DNA of 64,000 bases from Planctomycetota bacterium. GTDB taxonomy: Bacteria > Planctomycetota > SZUA-567 > H5-PLA8. The stretch is from the NCBI GenBank assembly GCA_035628505.1, contig DASPJR010000088.1, forward strand, positions 30,765-94,764, in the 5' to 3' direction. Below, in pieces: positions 40,101 through 49,169 of this stretch. Numbering within the stretch: the stretch's first letter is position 1; the number at the start of each line of letters is the position of its first letter. The notes below the pieces were generated by a model that did no database searches, was not told where the DNA came from, and saw nothing but the letters and a program-made list of their open reading frames with translations. A program made the position numbers and the translations under genes.

Positions 40101-43100
40101 CAGTGAGTGTAAAGTTCTGTACAAAATCAGGACCCGCGCTGCTGCTGGCCGTAAACGTCAGATTATAGACGCCATTCGTGTCGGTTGCCGGCGTGCCGCT
40201 CAGGACGTTTCCAGAGAAGCTCAGGCCGGAAGGCAGCGTCGCGCCACCAATCGCGATGGTCGGCGTCGGCCGCCCGGTGGGCACGACGGTAAAGCTGCTC
40301 AGCGTCCCCGTGGTAAAAGCGAAATTATCGGCACTCGAGATTCCCGGCACCTGATTGACCACGACGGTAAAGCTCTGCGTGGCATCCGCACCCGCGTCGC
40401 TGGAAGCCGTAAAGGTGACGGTGTAGTTTCCCGCCGTGCCGGCGGCCGGCGTGCCGCTCAACACGCCCGTGGCCGGCACAAAGGTCAGGCCCGAAGGCAG
40501 CGTGCCGCTCATGCTTAGTGTGGGTGTGGGCGAGCCGGTCTTAGTGACAGTAAAGGAGCTGAACGCGCCTACGGTAAACGTGCTCGTGTTAGCGCTCGTG
40601 ATCGCCGCAAGCTGCTTGACTGTGATCGAGAAACTCTGCGGTGCGGCTGAACCGGCGCTGTTCACGGCATTGATGGTGAGCGGGTAAATTCCCGGGGTCG
40701 CGGTGGTGGTTCCACTGAGCAACCCGCTGCCCGGATCGAACGTGAGACCCGCGGGAAGTGTGCCGCTGATCGAGAGCGTCGGGGTCGGGATGCCGACGGC
40801 GGTCACGGTGAAGTTTCCAGCGACTGTCCGTGTAAAGTTCGCGCTGGCGGCGCTGGTGATCACCGGCACCTGGTGAACATTCAGGACGAAGTGCTGGGTG
40901 GCATTTGTGCCGACGCCGTTGGAGGCGGTGAAATCGATGTAGTACGTGCCGCCGGCAGTGCCGGCCGCAGGCGTTCCGCTGATCACACCATTTGAGTACG
41001 TCACGCCAGTGGGCAGCGTGACATTTGCGGCGCTCAGCGTCACCGGCGTCGTGCCGACGGTGGTCACTGTGAATGAGCCGGCCTGGTTCATGATGAACGT
41101 GGCGCTTGCAGCGCTGGTGATTGACGGCGGCTCGTTAACGGTCAGCGTAAAGTTCTGTGTAACCGGTCCGCCCACGCCATTGTTGGCACTGAAGACCAGA
41201 TTGTATGTTCCCGACGAGCCCGACACAGGATTTCCGCTGAGCGCGCTGCCGTTGAACGTGATTCCCGCAGGCAGTGCCGGCGTCGACGAGGAGAGCGTGA
41301 TCGTCGGTGCCGGAGGTCCGCTGGCCGTGACGTTGAAGCTGTTGGCGTTGCCGACTGTAAACGTCGTGCTGGTGCCGCTCGTGAAGAGCGGCGCTTTGCC
41401 AATATTCAGAGTGAAATTCTGGAAGGCGTCGAGGTCCGCGCCGGCGCTCGTGGCTTTGAAGACGAGCGCGTAAACGCCAGCCTGGGCGACGGTAGGCGTT
41501 CCACTCAACGTACCGCTGGTCGGATTGCCCGCCGCACCCGGAGAGAACGTTACGCTCGCCGGAAGCTCCGGCGTCGAGCTCTGCAGGCTCAGCGTTGAAT
41601 TTCCGGTGCCCAGCGCCGTGACGGTGAAAGTCCCGGCCTGTCCTCCCACGAACAACGTGTTGTCGGCTGAGGTGATATTCAGCGTGGCCTCGATAGACAT
41701 ATCGTTGCCCGTTCCGCCCGTGTATCTCAGCCTGAAGTTTTTTCCACCTAGATTAATAGAATTGTTGTTCGCCACGCCGTTGACCGTGCCGGTGATAGCG
41801 TCGGCGGCATCATTGGTAATCAGCACCAGTGGCGTACCGTTGGTCACGTTGAATCCAGCCGCCAGGTTGCCAGTCATCAGCGCGCCGGCGCCGAATGTCA
41901 TGCTGCCGGTCAGGTTGATGTTTCCATACTGGCCCGCCGAGTTCCCGTTCAACGTCGTATTCAGCGTGCCTGACGCAGCGATGCTCAGGTTGCCGGTCAC
42001 ATTCAAGGTCTGCGTTCCGAGCGATAGCGTGCCGAAGGTCGCGGATGTACCGTTTGCCGTCAACGTTCCGCCGAATGACGCATTGCCGCCGCTGATCGAC
42101 AGGGAGGGAGCGACAGAAATCACGCCGATGCCACCGGTGCCAGTCAGGCTGATCGTGCCCGGCTGCTGGTTGGTGACGCCGGCGCCATTGCGGATCTGGG
42201 CCGTGAGCAGGCCGGTTCCAAGCGTTAGAATGGCGCCGCCGCTGGTCGTAATATTTCCTGCGCCCGCGTCGCGTTCGGCGTTGATCACACCGTTGGCGAG
42301 CACGTCGTTGGCGATGAGGGTCAGCGAACCATTGTTGGTATTGATGTGGGCATTGATAAGGATGCTGCGGCCGGCCTGCAGCGTCAGGCTTCCACCCGCC
42401 GGCGAGGTGACGGTAATCGGGTCGCTCACCGTGATGTCATTATTGGCCTGCAGGACCACGGACGTTCCGGCCAGGAGCGAGCTGGTAATAAAGGAGGGGG
42501 GAATTGTCAGTGTCTGTGACTGCTTGAAACGGTAAGTGTAGTTCTGGCCCCTGGAAGAGCCGCCGCGGACAATTCCGCTCTGCACGGCCCCATCCGTATC
42601 GTTGATGAACGTGGCGATAATGGACTGGCTCACCGTGTCTTCAAAGACGCGGTTGAGCTGCGTGAAAGCCCCGCCGCCGACGATGCTGTTCAGCGTACTG
42701 ATCGGACCGAAACCAGTTACCGTCTGGCCTGTCTTGCCGTTCACCCAAGTCGCCGCGCCCGCTCCGCCATTGCTGCCGTTCTTGAAGTTGGGCGTGACCA
42801 ACACGTAGTCGCCGTTGCTGAGCACGACCGGGTTGCCCATCGAAGGAACAGACACGCCTGTGAAGAAGTCCGTTGCATTCTGAAACGTTCCTACATTGTC
42901 GCGGTGAAACGGGCTGGACGTCGCGGTCGCACCGATCACGCTATTCGTCGCGGAGATCGCGCCCGAAATACCCGTGGTGCCACTGCCCCAGGTTGCGGCT
43001 CCCAGACCGTTGTTCCAGTTATAGGAGCCGACCACGTAATCTCCCGTCGGCAGCACGCACACTCCAGGATCCGAACCGCCGCCACTGATGCCGACCTTGT

Positions 43101-46100
43101 CGCCGCCAAAGGTTCCCACCAGGCTGATAGCCGAGCTGACCGCGCCGGCCGTGCCGGTCGTTCCGTTACAGAATGTCACCGCGCCGGCATTGCTCGCGCC
43201 CGGCGAGAGGTTGGTCCAGTTGGGCATCACGACGAGGTAGTTATTGTTGCTGTTGGTCGGCTTCTTGAGCTTCACCACCTGCATGCCGCTGCCGTCGCTC
43301 GGAACGGTGCCACACACGCTGTTGGCTGGAGTGACGGGGCCGAAACCGGTGATGCTCTGGCCGTTGGAGCCATTGATCCATGTCGCGGCGCCGGCATTGT
43401 TGATGCCTCCGTTGTGCCAGTTGGGCGTATAGACAACGGCGTTTCCGTTGTTGAGCAGAACAAACTGCTGACCAACATTGTCGCTATCGACGCTACCAAC
43501 GATGCTGTTGCTGGCGCTGACCACCCCGCTGATTCCCGTGGCTCCGCTTCCCCACGTGACCGCTCCGCGATGTGAACCGCCGTTGGAGAACTGTGCACTG
43601 CCGACCAGGTAATTGCCGTTGGTAAGCTCAACGACAAACGAGCTTCCGATAGAGTCGCCTCCGCCCGAGAACGGCGGCGCTCCGGCCGCGCCGATGAGGC
43701 TGTTGCTTGAATTCACCGTTCCAACGACACCGGTGGCAAAGCTGCCCCACGTCACGGCACCTTTATTACTGTCGAACTGGGTACTGCGCACCAGATAGTT
43801 GCCCGTCACCGTCAACGGGATGATGCCATTATTTCCAATGCGGTCTCCGATCACGGAAAACCCTGAATCGGCCGTTACCCCCGTGAGGCTATTGGTCAGG
43901 TTGATTTCGCCCACTGTTCCGCCGGTGCCGCTGCACAGCGTCACCGCGCCCTTTCCAGTTCCCCAGTTCGAACTGCAGACAACGTATTTGCTGGTTACCC
44001 CTGTCCCGACATCATACACCGCGGCCCCGCTGGACGTCGAACCCACGCGGTCGCCCGTGTTGCTGTCAAACGCGGTGCCCTGCGTGGTGCCGACGAGACT
44101 ATTGGCATTGCTGATCGTGCTGGAATTATCTGAAGTCTTGCCGGTCGTTCCATTCACCCACGTCACGGCGCCGCGCAGGTTGCCCCAGTTCGGGCTGGCA
44201 ATGACATAATGGCCGTTGCGCAGGGCAATCACGCCCTGGCCACTGAAGGATCCGCCGCCGCCAACACTGTCGCCGGGGAACTGAGAGGTATTGCCAGTTG
44301 TTCCGATCACACTGTTGGTTGCATCGATAGTCCCCACAACACCGGCCGTCCCACTGCCCCAGGTTACGGCGCCGCGTCCGTTATTGAAATAGGGCGAGAC
44401 GACCACGTAATTGCCGTTCGCCAGAACCATTACGCTGCCGTAATTGCTCGCATCGGCTACGGGGCCCGTGAGGCTGTTAGCAGAACTTACATTGCCCACT
44501 TTGCCGGTCGTTCCATCGCACCAGGTCACCGACACGTTGGAGGCGATGATGAGGAAATTGCCGCTGGGCAGCAGCCTGAATTCTTTGAATCCGCCGCCGA
44601 TGAGGCTGTTCGTGTTATTGACTGCTCCGGCCATCGGCGCTGCGCAGAACGTAGACCCGCCGCTGCCGAGCGTAACGAATTTGCTGCTCGCCGGGAAAAC
44701 GCCAAACGAAGCACCCGATCCGGCACCGGTCAGGCTTAGTGTCGAGTTCACTGTTCCGTCGGCGACGAGTCCCTGGCCGGTGTTGCCGTTGACCCACGTC
44801 GTTGCACCCTGATTGCTGCTCCAGCCCGGAGTGCCGATGACGTAGTTGCCGTCGTTAAGCACCAGAATGTTGATCGTGATAAAGTCATTGTTGCTGCTGC
44901 CCACGATGCTGTTCGCGCTGCTGAGGGCGCCGCTGACGAATCCGGCCTTGTTGATCCACGTCACGGCACCCTTGTTTCCGTTCCAGTTCGGACAGGGAAC
45001 CGCCGCATGGCCACTGCCGACAATTTTGACCGGCGAGGTGACCACGCTTCCGAAAAACGGATCCGCCGATCCACCGAGTCTGTCGTTCGCAGCGCCGACG
45101 TAAGCACAGATCAGCGCGCCGGTCTCGCCGTTGTACAGCCGAATCGATCCGGACAGATTGCCGTTGGTATGGTCGTTGTAGTTCAGGATCAGGACGTTAC
45201 CGCTGTTTAAGGGAACAACGCCGCCAGAGGATTGGGATGAATTGCCGAACCCATCCCCGTTGGCCTTGTTGGGATCCGGATTGGGGAACGTAAACTGCGG
45301 CAACGTGCCCGTGTTGGCGATCACGATGAACTTGGGATCAAGCAGCAACGTGCCGCGCTCGCCTTTCGGCGCTGCCGCGTCGCCGCTTCCATCAAAGCCC
45401 AGCTTGTCTTTTCCAGAGACCTCGATAAAGCCGCCGTTTCCGCCTTCCGGTCCTCCGCGCGCACTCAGGCGCGCCGACACATCGGTAGCGTCCTTTGACC
45501 AGAGAACAATTTTTCCGCCCGGGCCGTTGACTTTCGCATCCGCAAAAACGCGTGCGGCGTGATTGAGTGTGACCTCCAGCGCCGGTTCATCACCCAGCTT
45601 GCCGTGTTTGTCGCCGCCGATGAACACCGTGCCGCCGCCGGCATCGCCGCTGGCATCGATCGTGGCCGCAAAGAGCTTCACGCTCCGCGCGTTCAGATGC
45701 ATGGCGCCGCCGCCAAGACCCGTCAGGTCGTATGCTCCGCTGCTGAAGTACGCGCCGTCTTTGCCGCTCAGTTCGATCATGCCGCCCACGCCGCTGGCGC
45801 CGCGGGCACTGATGCGCGCTTCTGCCGTTTCGGTGTAGAGCTTGCTGAACGTGATTGAAATGCGTCCGCCAGAAGCGCCGTCAGCCAGCATTCGGCCGTG
45901 GCTGAAAAAATTCTTCGCGTCGATTGTGATTTCGCCCGCGGTGTTGCCGGAGACGTTCATCTTTCCGCCGGCGAGGAGGTACGGCGCCGACAGGCTGATG
46001 GTTCCGCCGTTCTCACCGTGTTTTGCAGTCAGTTCCGCTCCCGCTTCGATCATGATGCGTTCGCGCGCAATCAGCGTCAGCCGCGGAGCCGTTACCCGCG

Positions 46101-46479
46101 CGCTGCGCTCAAATGTGATCTGATGGGCTTCAAGTTCCAACGCTGCATACGCCTGAAACTGCTCGCTGACGATCAGCACGCTCTTTCCGGAAGAGCTGAT
46201 CGAGCGCAGCGTGTAACGCGTGGCCCCATTCAAACGGGCCAGGTACTGCGGCGATTCCGGATCGCTGCTGACCACCCATTCCCCCGCCGAAAGGGAGATG
46301 AACCCGCCCTCTGTGAAGCGGCAGCGCACACTCGCATCGTCGCCCGTACGGATGGCAAGCGAGCCCGCTTGAGGATCGAATGAGGCAGCGGGATCATCGG
46401 CTTTCAAGTGGAAGGCTGAGGTGAGTGCGGCCAGAAGAAGAATGGACGTAATATTCCATCGCTTGCAGCGCGGCGTCAT
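34132..46479 (-). CDS. Giant surface/adhesin-like protein (4115 aa): N-terminal Gly-rich beta-helical region, ~30 tandem Ig-like ('putative Ig'/He_PIG-type) domains, a PKD domain and a C-terminal domain
   Basis: Signal peptide MTPRCKRWNITSILLLAALTSAFHL. Repeats of the type TLPAGLTFDPGSGLLSGTP recur every ~90 aa. PKD signature YAWDFGDGSTSTLPGPTHTYTSLGTYKVTVV. A single uninterrupted 12.3-kb ORF. Confidence 0.8.
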   Translation of the reverse strand: MTPRCKRWNITSILLLAALTSAFHLKADDPAASFDPQAGSLAIRTGDDASVRCRFTEGGFISLSAGEWVVSSDPESPQYLARLNGATRYTLRSISSSGKSVLIVSEQFQAYAALELEAHQITFERSARVTAPRLTLIARERIMIEAGAELTAKHGENGGTISLSAPYLLAGGKMNVSGNTAGEITIDAKNFFSHGRMLADGASGGRISITFSKLYTETAEARISARGASGVGGMIELSGKDGAYFSSGAYDLTGLGGGAMHLNARSVKLFAATIDASGDAGGGTVFIGGDKHGKLGDEPALEVTLNHAARVFADAKVNGPGGKIVLWSKDATDVSARLSARGGPEGGNGGFIEVSGKDKLGFDGSGDAAAPKGERGTLLLDPKFIVIANTGTLPQFTFPNPDPNKANGDGFGNSSQSSGGVVPLNSGNVLILNYNDHTNGNLSGSIRLYNGETGALICAYVGAANDRLGGSADPFFGSVVTSPVKIVGSGHAAVPCPNWNGNKGAVTWINKAGFVSGALSSANSIVGSSNNDFITINILVLNDGNYVIGTPGWSSNQGATTWVNGNTGQGLVADGTVNSTLSLTGAGSGASFGVFPASSKFVTLGSGGSTFCAAPMAGAVNNTNSLIGGGFKEFRLLPSGNFLIIASNVSVTWCDGTTGKVGNVSSANSLTGPVADASNYGSVMVLANGNYVVVSPYFNNGRGAVTWGSGTAGVVGTIDATNSVIGTTGNTSQFPGDSVGGGGSFSGQGVIALRNGHYVIASPNWGNLRGAVTWVNGTTGKTSDNSSTISNANSLVGTTQGTAFDSNTGDRVGSTSSGAAVYDVGTGVTSKYVVCSSNWGTGKGAVTLCSGTGGTVGEINLTNSLTGVTADSGFSVIGDRIGNNGIIPLTVTGNYLVRSTQFDSNKGAVTWGSFATGVVGTVNSSNSLIGAAGAPPFSGGGDSIGSSFVVELTNGNYLVGSAQFSNGGSHRGAVTWGSGATGISGVVSASNSIVGSVDSDNVGQQFVLLNNGNAVVYTPNWHNGGINNAGAATWINGSNGQSITGFGPVTPANSVCGTVPSDGSGMQVVKLKKPTNSNNNYLVVMPNWTNLSPGASNAGAVTFCNGTTGTAGAVSSAISLVGTFGGDKVGISGGGSDPGVCVLPTGDYVVGSYNWNNGLGAATWGSGTTGISGAISATNSVIGATATSSPFHRDNVGTFQNATDFFTGVSVPSMGNPVVLSNGDYVLVTPNFKNGSNGGAGAATWVNGKTGQTVTGFGPISTLNSIVGGGAFTQLNRVFEDTVSQSIIATFINDTDGAVQSGIVRGGSSRGQNYTYRFKQSQTLTIPPSFITSSLLAGTSVVLQANNDITVSDPITVTSPAGGSLTLQAGRSILINAHINTNNGSLTLIANDVLANGVINAERDAGAGNITTSGGAILTLGTGLLTAQIRNGAGVTNQQPGTISLTGTGGIGVISVAPSLSISGGNASFGGTLTANGTSATFGTLSLGTQTLNVTGNLSIAASGTLNTTLNGNSAGQYGNINLTGSMTFGAGALMTGNLAAGFNVTNGTPLVLITNDAADAITGTVNGVANNNSINLGGKNFRLRYTGGTGNDMSIEATLNITSADNTLFVGGQAGTFTVTALGTGNSTLSLQSSTPELPASVTFSPGAAGNPTSGTLSGTPTVAQAGVYALVFKATSAGADLDAFQNFTLNIGKAPLFTSGTSTTFTVGNANSFNVTASGPPAPTITLSSSTPALPAGITFNGSALSGNPVSGSSGTYNLVFSANNGVGGPVTQNFTLTVNEPPSITSAASATFIMNQAGSFTVTTVGTTPVTLSAANVTLPTGVTYSNGVISGTPAAGTAGGTYYIDFTASNGVGTNATQHFVLNVHQVPVITSAASANFTRTVAGNFTVTAVGIPTPTLSISGTLPAGLTFDPGSGLLSGTTTATPGIYPLTINAVNSAGSAAPQSFSITVKQLAAITSANTSTFTVGAFSSFTVTKTGSPTPTLSMSGTLPSGLTFVPATGVLSGTPAAGTAGNYTVTFTASSDAGADATQSFTVVVNQVPGISSADNFAFTTGTLSSFTVVPTGRPTPTIAIGGATLPSGLSFSGNVLSGTPATDTNGVYNLTFTASSSAGPDFVQNFTLTVRQVAAITSAASTTFETGNAGSFTVTATGTPVPTFFTNSTLPAGVTLSAAGVLSGTPQATTGGSYPLLIVAQNGVGADATQNFTLTVQQPPSFAQTSTSFLTGVSNSYTLQVNGFPVPSVTLQSTLPSGLSYDSATRVLSGTPPVNSNGVYNIVFRATNVLNTVDENFTLTINQAPAITSGTSTTFIAGAAGSFTATATGTPVPTFSTSSTLPSGVSLSAAGVLSGTPAAGTGGTYPVVITASNGIGSNATQNFTLTVNQAPAITSADNTIFTVGSTNSFAVTKTGFPAPVLSQSAALPAGVTFDPASGILSGTPNLNTNGTYSLVFTASNGVGTAATQNFTLTVHQAPAFTSANTTTFVTSTNGSFNVTASGTPAPTFSTVSTLPTGVTLTGAGLLSGTPAAGTGGVYPLNLRAINGVNPFATQSFSLVVNQPPAITSGTSATFTVGTNSSFTVTRTGFPLPTLNQIGAALPAGVTFDAASGVLSGTPAPGTAGTFNLVFEAQNGVGLTVTQNFTLTVNQAPAVTSANNATFVVGSLGSFNVTATGSPAPTLAISGAALPGTITFDPGTGTLSGTPTATGTFILVFTASNGVGSNAVQSFTLTINEAPAFTSADNTIFSVGVNSSFAVLTTGTPTPVITSTPLPAGLTLDGSGVLSGTPGPATVGVYNLVFTATNSVTSVNQNFTLTINKKPDFTSASSTAFTVGVSGSFQVNTNGTPTPVLSRSGDNLPTGVSFDTNSGVLSGTPAAGTVGTYNLIFTAVNSSGSTTQNFTFVVNQRPLITSAAAVAFPVGVFSSHTVTATGTPAPTITIGGAALPSGVSYDQASGVLSGTPAIGTVGDYNLSFTANNGVGTNTQVFVLTINTAAVITSANTTTFTDGTSGSFSITMVGSPTPTLSMTGSLPTGVSFDAGTGILSGTPAAGTAGTYSPVFTAQNGVGSPSVQNFTLIVNQAPYFTSPATISFTEGDTESFTVTASAAPAATITMTGTLPNGITFNSPVLSGVPAAGTSGSYDIAFTAANGVGVNAVQNFTLVINKAPNITSGTATTFRVGTAGNFVVTATGVPAPTFTLTGPLPTGVTFVGSTLSGTPAAGTGGVYNFTITAANGVGSDSVVNFVLTVEQAPAVTSADNTTFTVGSAGSFSVTRSGYPAALLSLSGTLPNGVSFDASTGVLSGTPAAGTAGTYPLTFTAQNGVATPHVQNFTLTVNQVPAITSANTTTFTVGSSNSFTMTASGSPAPALTLTGTLPTGVSFNAATGVLSGNPATGTGGTYNLTLNADNGVGSAAIQNFSLIVNQPASITSAASTIFTEGAAGSFGVTSLGEPAPTLSQSGALPTGVTFNPATGLLSGTPAAGTGGDYPIVFTSSNGIGPDSIQNFMLSVYRPAGITSVDNAAFTVGAAGSFSVTADGSPAPVLSLSGTLPSGLSFNSATGVLSGTPAAGTAAVYNLTFSASNGVGVVATQAFTLTVNQAPAITSGNNVAFTIGSAGNFTVVRTGSPQPALSLSGALPAGMTFNALTGELSGTPASGTSGTYTLIFTASNGVPVDDMQLFTLTVHATPVITWNNPADILYRTALSAAELNASANTPGTFTYTPAIGTVLNAGANQTLLVSFTAADSTIQPSTITATVLINVQKAAPVITWATPADIQTGTALSGLQLNATADVPGTFEYSPASGTILGTGNGQPLTATFTPNDTVNFKTVSSVVALNVTAVAPVVVSQPAATPNPATPGAPVSFALGATDQVPSSLTYAWDFGDGSTSTLPGPTHTYTSLGTYKVTVVITNGAKLSTSATLTMLVVASGGGGALPFPVQVDSDNDGFPDSVEVVAGSSSTNASETPFGTTAPPPQLLLDAKLLIKLNFVRTSNDKLTLSGTFGVPDGFTLGTQTCIMDVAGVTRSFTLNPKGRVLTSTDYLSMRTRGEKARSIKFRISLKKADLVSTLQPYGLTNTPVKDKTLMLPVRIYFNNAIYQTIQTESYDATPNAGQAKDGKR

Positions 46480-46742
46480 GCGTTACCTCCCGGTGTGGTG
46501 CCTAATAGGCGCGATACGGTGGCACGTATGACTGTGCGGCGAGGCGCGCGAACATTCTCAATTGTGAGATTCAGGGAAAAGTCTGGATCATGAGCGGGAT
46601 AAAGCAACAGTATTCACGTGATTTGTATCTTGTTAAAACATAACGCACGTGTGCTTAGGCGAGCCCAGCTAAGCAACGCTGGAGCTCGCCGGCGGCCACG
46701 CCGGCAGCGGACAGTGCACTTGTTCCGAGCGAAGTCGAAAAT

Positions 46743-48455
46743 TTAGCGCTTCTCAACCACTTGGAAATTCAGCGTGAACGCCGTTCCAGCCTCACCGGCG
46801 TAGCTCTTTCCCGTATACGGCGTCACACGAATCGAATACTTGCCGGCATTCGGCCGCCAGGCGGTAAAATTACCTTTGAAATCGTCACCGAAAACCGCAT
46901 AGGGCGGCGCATTCTCGGGAGACTTGTTCGGCACGCCATTGATTTCAATTTTCAAGCTGCCAACAACCTCTGGTCGCGTGCGGATGAGAATGTTCAGATT
47001 GCGAGAAGGCAGCGTGCTCAGATTGATGGTCGCGCCTTCGGCGATCGGATCGAAGCCATCGATCACCTTGCCCGTATCAGCGTTCAAAAGCGAGAGACCT
47101 GAAATTGAGAGCTGCGCCGTTCCTGCGGGCGCGAGCGGACCCTTGCGGCCCCGCCAGAGTTTCACTGGATCGAGCGCCGCCGGCGCGTCGGGCGCCTGTC
47201 CTGCCCGGCACGACGAACCCTGGCCGGCCGCCACGCTGCGCGATCCGCGGTCATTGAAGAAATTTACTACGCCCTCCTCCATTTGGACCGACGCCTGGCG
47301 GCCGTCGCTGCGCAGATCAAACTGCGTCCCTGTGACGCCGACGGTCGCCGCGGCGGTGTGGAGCGTCAGCGCGTACTCTTTTTTGTCGGCGGGACTCCGC
47401 GAGGTATCTTTTTCGACGTCTGCATAGAGCAGCCCCTGCTTCAGGCGCAGCACGCGCTCGGAGACGATTTCGATTTCGGTGCCCTCGGCCAGATCAATCG
47501 TCGAGCCGCTGAACAGCGCCAGCGCCGCCTGCGCGACGGGAACAGCGCCCGGCCGAGCGCCGACGCTGATCACGTCGCCCGCCTGCAGCGTTACGCCTGT
47601 CGTAAGCTTTTCACGAACTGCGCCTCGAATGCGTGTGACCGGCGCCGTCTCCGATGCGACGAAGATAATCCGCGCGATCGCCGCATTGGAAGCTGGATCA
47701 GGTCTGATACCCGGCTGAGGCTGAGGCTGAAGCGGGACTGGCGCGATGGCAATTTCTGGCATCTCAGCGGTCTTCCGGTTCTGCACTTCAGCCATTTCGC
47801 GCCGCTCGCGCGCCGCCTGCAGTTCGGCTTCGATTGACTGGCGCTGCTGGTCGAGCGCGGCCAGCGACGCTTCGCGCTGGCGCTGTTCTTCGCTGGTGGG
47901 GCTTGCCAGCGGCTGAGCCTGCAGATTCGCGCGCTGTTTTTCGACTTCGGCAAGTCTCTTCGCTGCTGCTGCGTGCTCAGCCTCGAGCTGTGCCAGGCGC
48001 TGCGCGTGCAGGCGCCGGGCCTCGGCTTCAGCGATGCTGTCAGGCGGCGTCGTCTTTGGCTTTTCCGGATTGGACTGTGCGCGCTCGGTTGGCTTCCCGC
48101 TGAGCAGAAGGATTATTCCAACCAGCACGGCAAGCGCCACTCCCGCGGCGATGCCTGGATGAATCGCCCACGCTTCCTGCGCGCGCCGGCGGACCGACAA
48201 CGACGTGCGCGCCGAGCGGCGCGGTGCGGCCGGCAGACGCGTGCTGACCTTCACGGCCTGGGCCGGCCCTTCGGCCAGGTGTACGGCCTGCAGCATCAGT
48301 TCAGCCATCTCGCGGCGCAGCGCCGCATCGTTGCGCAGGGCCTGCTCGAGCCGTTCGATTTCGAAATCTTTGAGCTCGCCGGCGATATAACGCAGCATCA
48401 GCTCGCGCGGGCTATCCGCGGCATCAGAAGGAGCGGGTGTGCTCGCGGGGCTCAT
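46743..48455 (-). CDS. FecR-family anti-sigma factor / transmembrane sensor
   Basis: N-terminal anti-sigma helix region (LRYIAGELKDFEIERLEQAL). One TM helix. A coiled-coil linker rich in Q/A/E. FecR-like domain (GTEIEIVSERVLRLKQGLLYADV...VGVTGTQFDL). The ATG at 48455 overlaps the sigma stop (ATGA). Confidence 0.75.
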   Translation of the reverse strand: MSPASTPAPSDAADSPRELMLRYIAGELKDFEIERLEQALRNDAALRREMAELMLQAVHLAEGPAQAVKVSTRLPAAPRRSARTSLSVRRRAQEAWAIHPGIAAGVALAVLVGIILLLSGKPTERAQSNPEKPKTTPPDSIAEAEARRLHAQRLAQLEAEHAAAAKRLAEVEKQRANLQAQPLASPTSEEQRQREASLAALDQQRQSIEAELQAARERREMAEVQNRKTAEMPEIAIAPVPLQPQPQPGIRPDPASNAAIARIIFVASETAPVTRIRGAVREKLTTGVTLQAGDVISVGARPGAVPVAQAALALFSGSTIDLAEGTEIEIVSERVLRLKQGLLYADVEKDTSRSPADKKEYALTLHTAAATVGVTGTQFDLRSDGRQASVQMEEGVVNFFNDRGSRSVAAGQGSSCRAGQAPDAPAALDPVKLWRGRKGPLAPAGTAQLSISGLSLLNADTGKVIDGFDPIAEGATINLSTLPSRNLNILIRTRPEVVGSLKIEINGVPNKSPENAPPYAVFGDDFKGNFTAWRPNAGKYSIRVTPYTGKSYAGEAGTAFTLNFQVVEKR

Positions 48456-48982
48456 GACGCGGACATCCCCCGCTGCACGCATTCGGAAAGCGACTGATGA
48501 ATACGGTTGAACGCGACATACAGCGCGTTCGCTTCACGCTTGAGCGCGGCGGCGATTTCGCTATACGAGCGCCCTTCGCGGTAGCGCATGGCGATCAGTT
48601 GCTGGTTGAGCGCTGAGAGCTTGCTGACGCAGTTGTGCAGCACGTGCTTGCGCCGCTCCAGCCACGCTTCGTCGCCAAACTGGTCGATCTCGCTGGCCAC
48701 GGATTCGAGCACTGCCGCATCCATCAGCAGCGTGCGGCCGGAGCGTTTGCGGAGGTTGGCCAACGCCACGCGCCGGGCAATGCCGCGCGCCCAGCTGGTG
48801 AACGGCGCTCGCGTGGGATCGAAGTCCGCCCAGCAGCGGGCCACTTCAACGGCCACGTCGCCCAGCGTGTCTTCGGCCAGCTCGGGGTTGTGAACGATGG
48901 CGAAGATGTAGGCCTTAAGCATCGTGCGATGCGCGAGGAATTCGCGAAAAGCCTGCTCTGTATTGGTCTGATTCCCGTTCAC
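48452..48982 (-). CDS. ECF (sigma-70 family) RNA polymerase sigma factor
   Basis: Region 2 (AEDTLGDVAVEVARCWADFD...FTSWARGIARRVALA) and region 4 (LIAMRYREGRSYSEIAAALKREANALYVAFNRI). GTG start preceded by GGAGAGG. Confidence 0.85.
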   Translation of the reverse strand: MNGNQTNTEQAFREFLAHRTMLKAYIFAIVHNPELAEDTLGDVAVEVARCWADFDPTRAPFTSWARGIARRVALANLRKRSGRTLLMDAAVLESVASEIDQFGDEAWLERRKHVLHNCVSKLSALNQQLIAMRYREGRSYSEIAAALKREANALYVAFNRIHQSLSECVQRGMSAS

Positions 48983-49072
48983 TGGAGCCTCTCCGAGTGA
49001 ACACTATTGTGTCCGCCTGCTCCAGTCTTACGTAAATTCTTAAAAATTAAATCTACACAGGGTGCACCTGTA

Positions 49073-49169
49073 TGAGTCTTGAGTCGGGAGTCTGGGAGTC
49101 GGGAGTCTAGGAGCCTCCAGACTCTAAGACTCACGACTCCAGACTCCAGACTCCAAGACTCACGACTCA
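49073..49169. repeat. Long imperfect inverted repeat built from tandem GAGTC (left arm) and GACTC (right arm) pentamers
   Basis: tgagtcttgagtcgggagtctgggagtcgggagtctaggag / cctcc / agactctaagactcacgactccagactccagactccaagactcacgactca. It abuts the stop codon of the hydrolase gene at 49170 and lies upstream of the ECF sigma gene. Confidence 0.6.

Noticed and set aside
34376-46383. Dozens of plus-strand ORFs of 60-340 aa inside the giant adhesin gene (e.g. 36505..37446, 37708..38658, 38951..39652, 41525..42535, 42904..43575)
   Set aside because: They are antisense to a single continuous 12.3-kb minus-strand ORF with clear domain repeats. Their translations are low-complexity (R/A/G/V-rich), as expected from the reverse complement of a GC-rich repetitive coding sequence.
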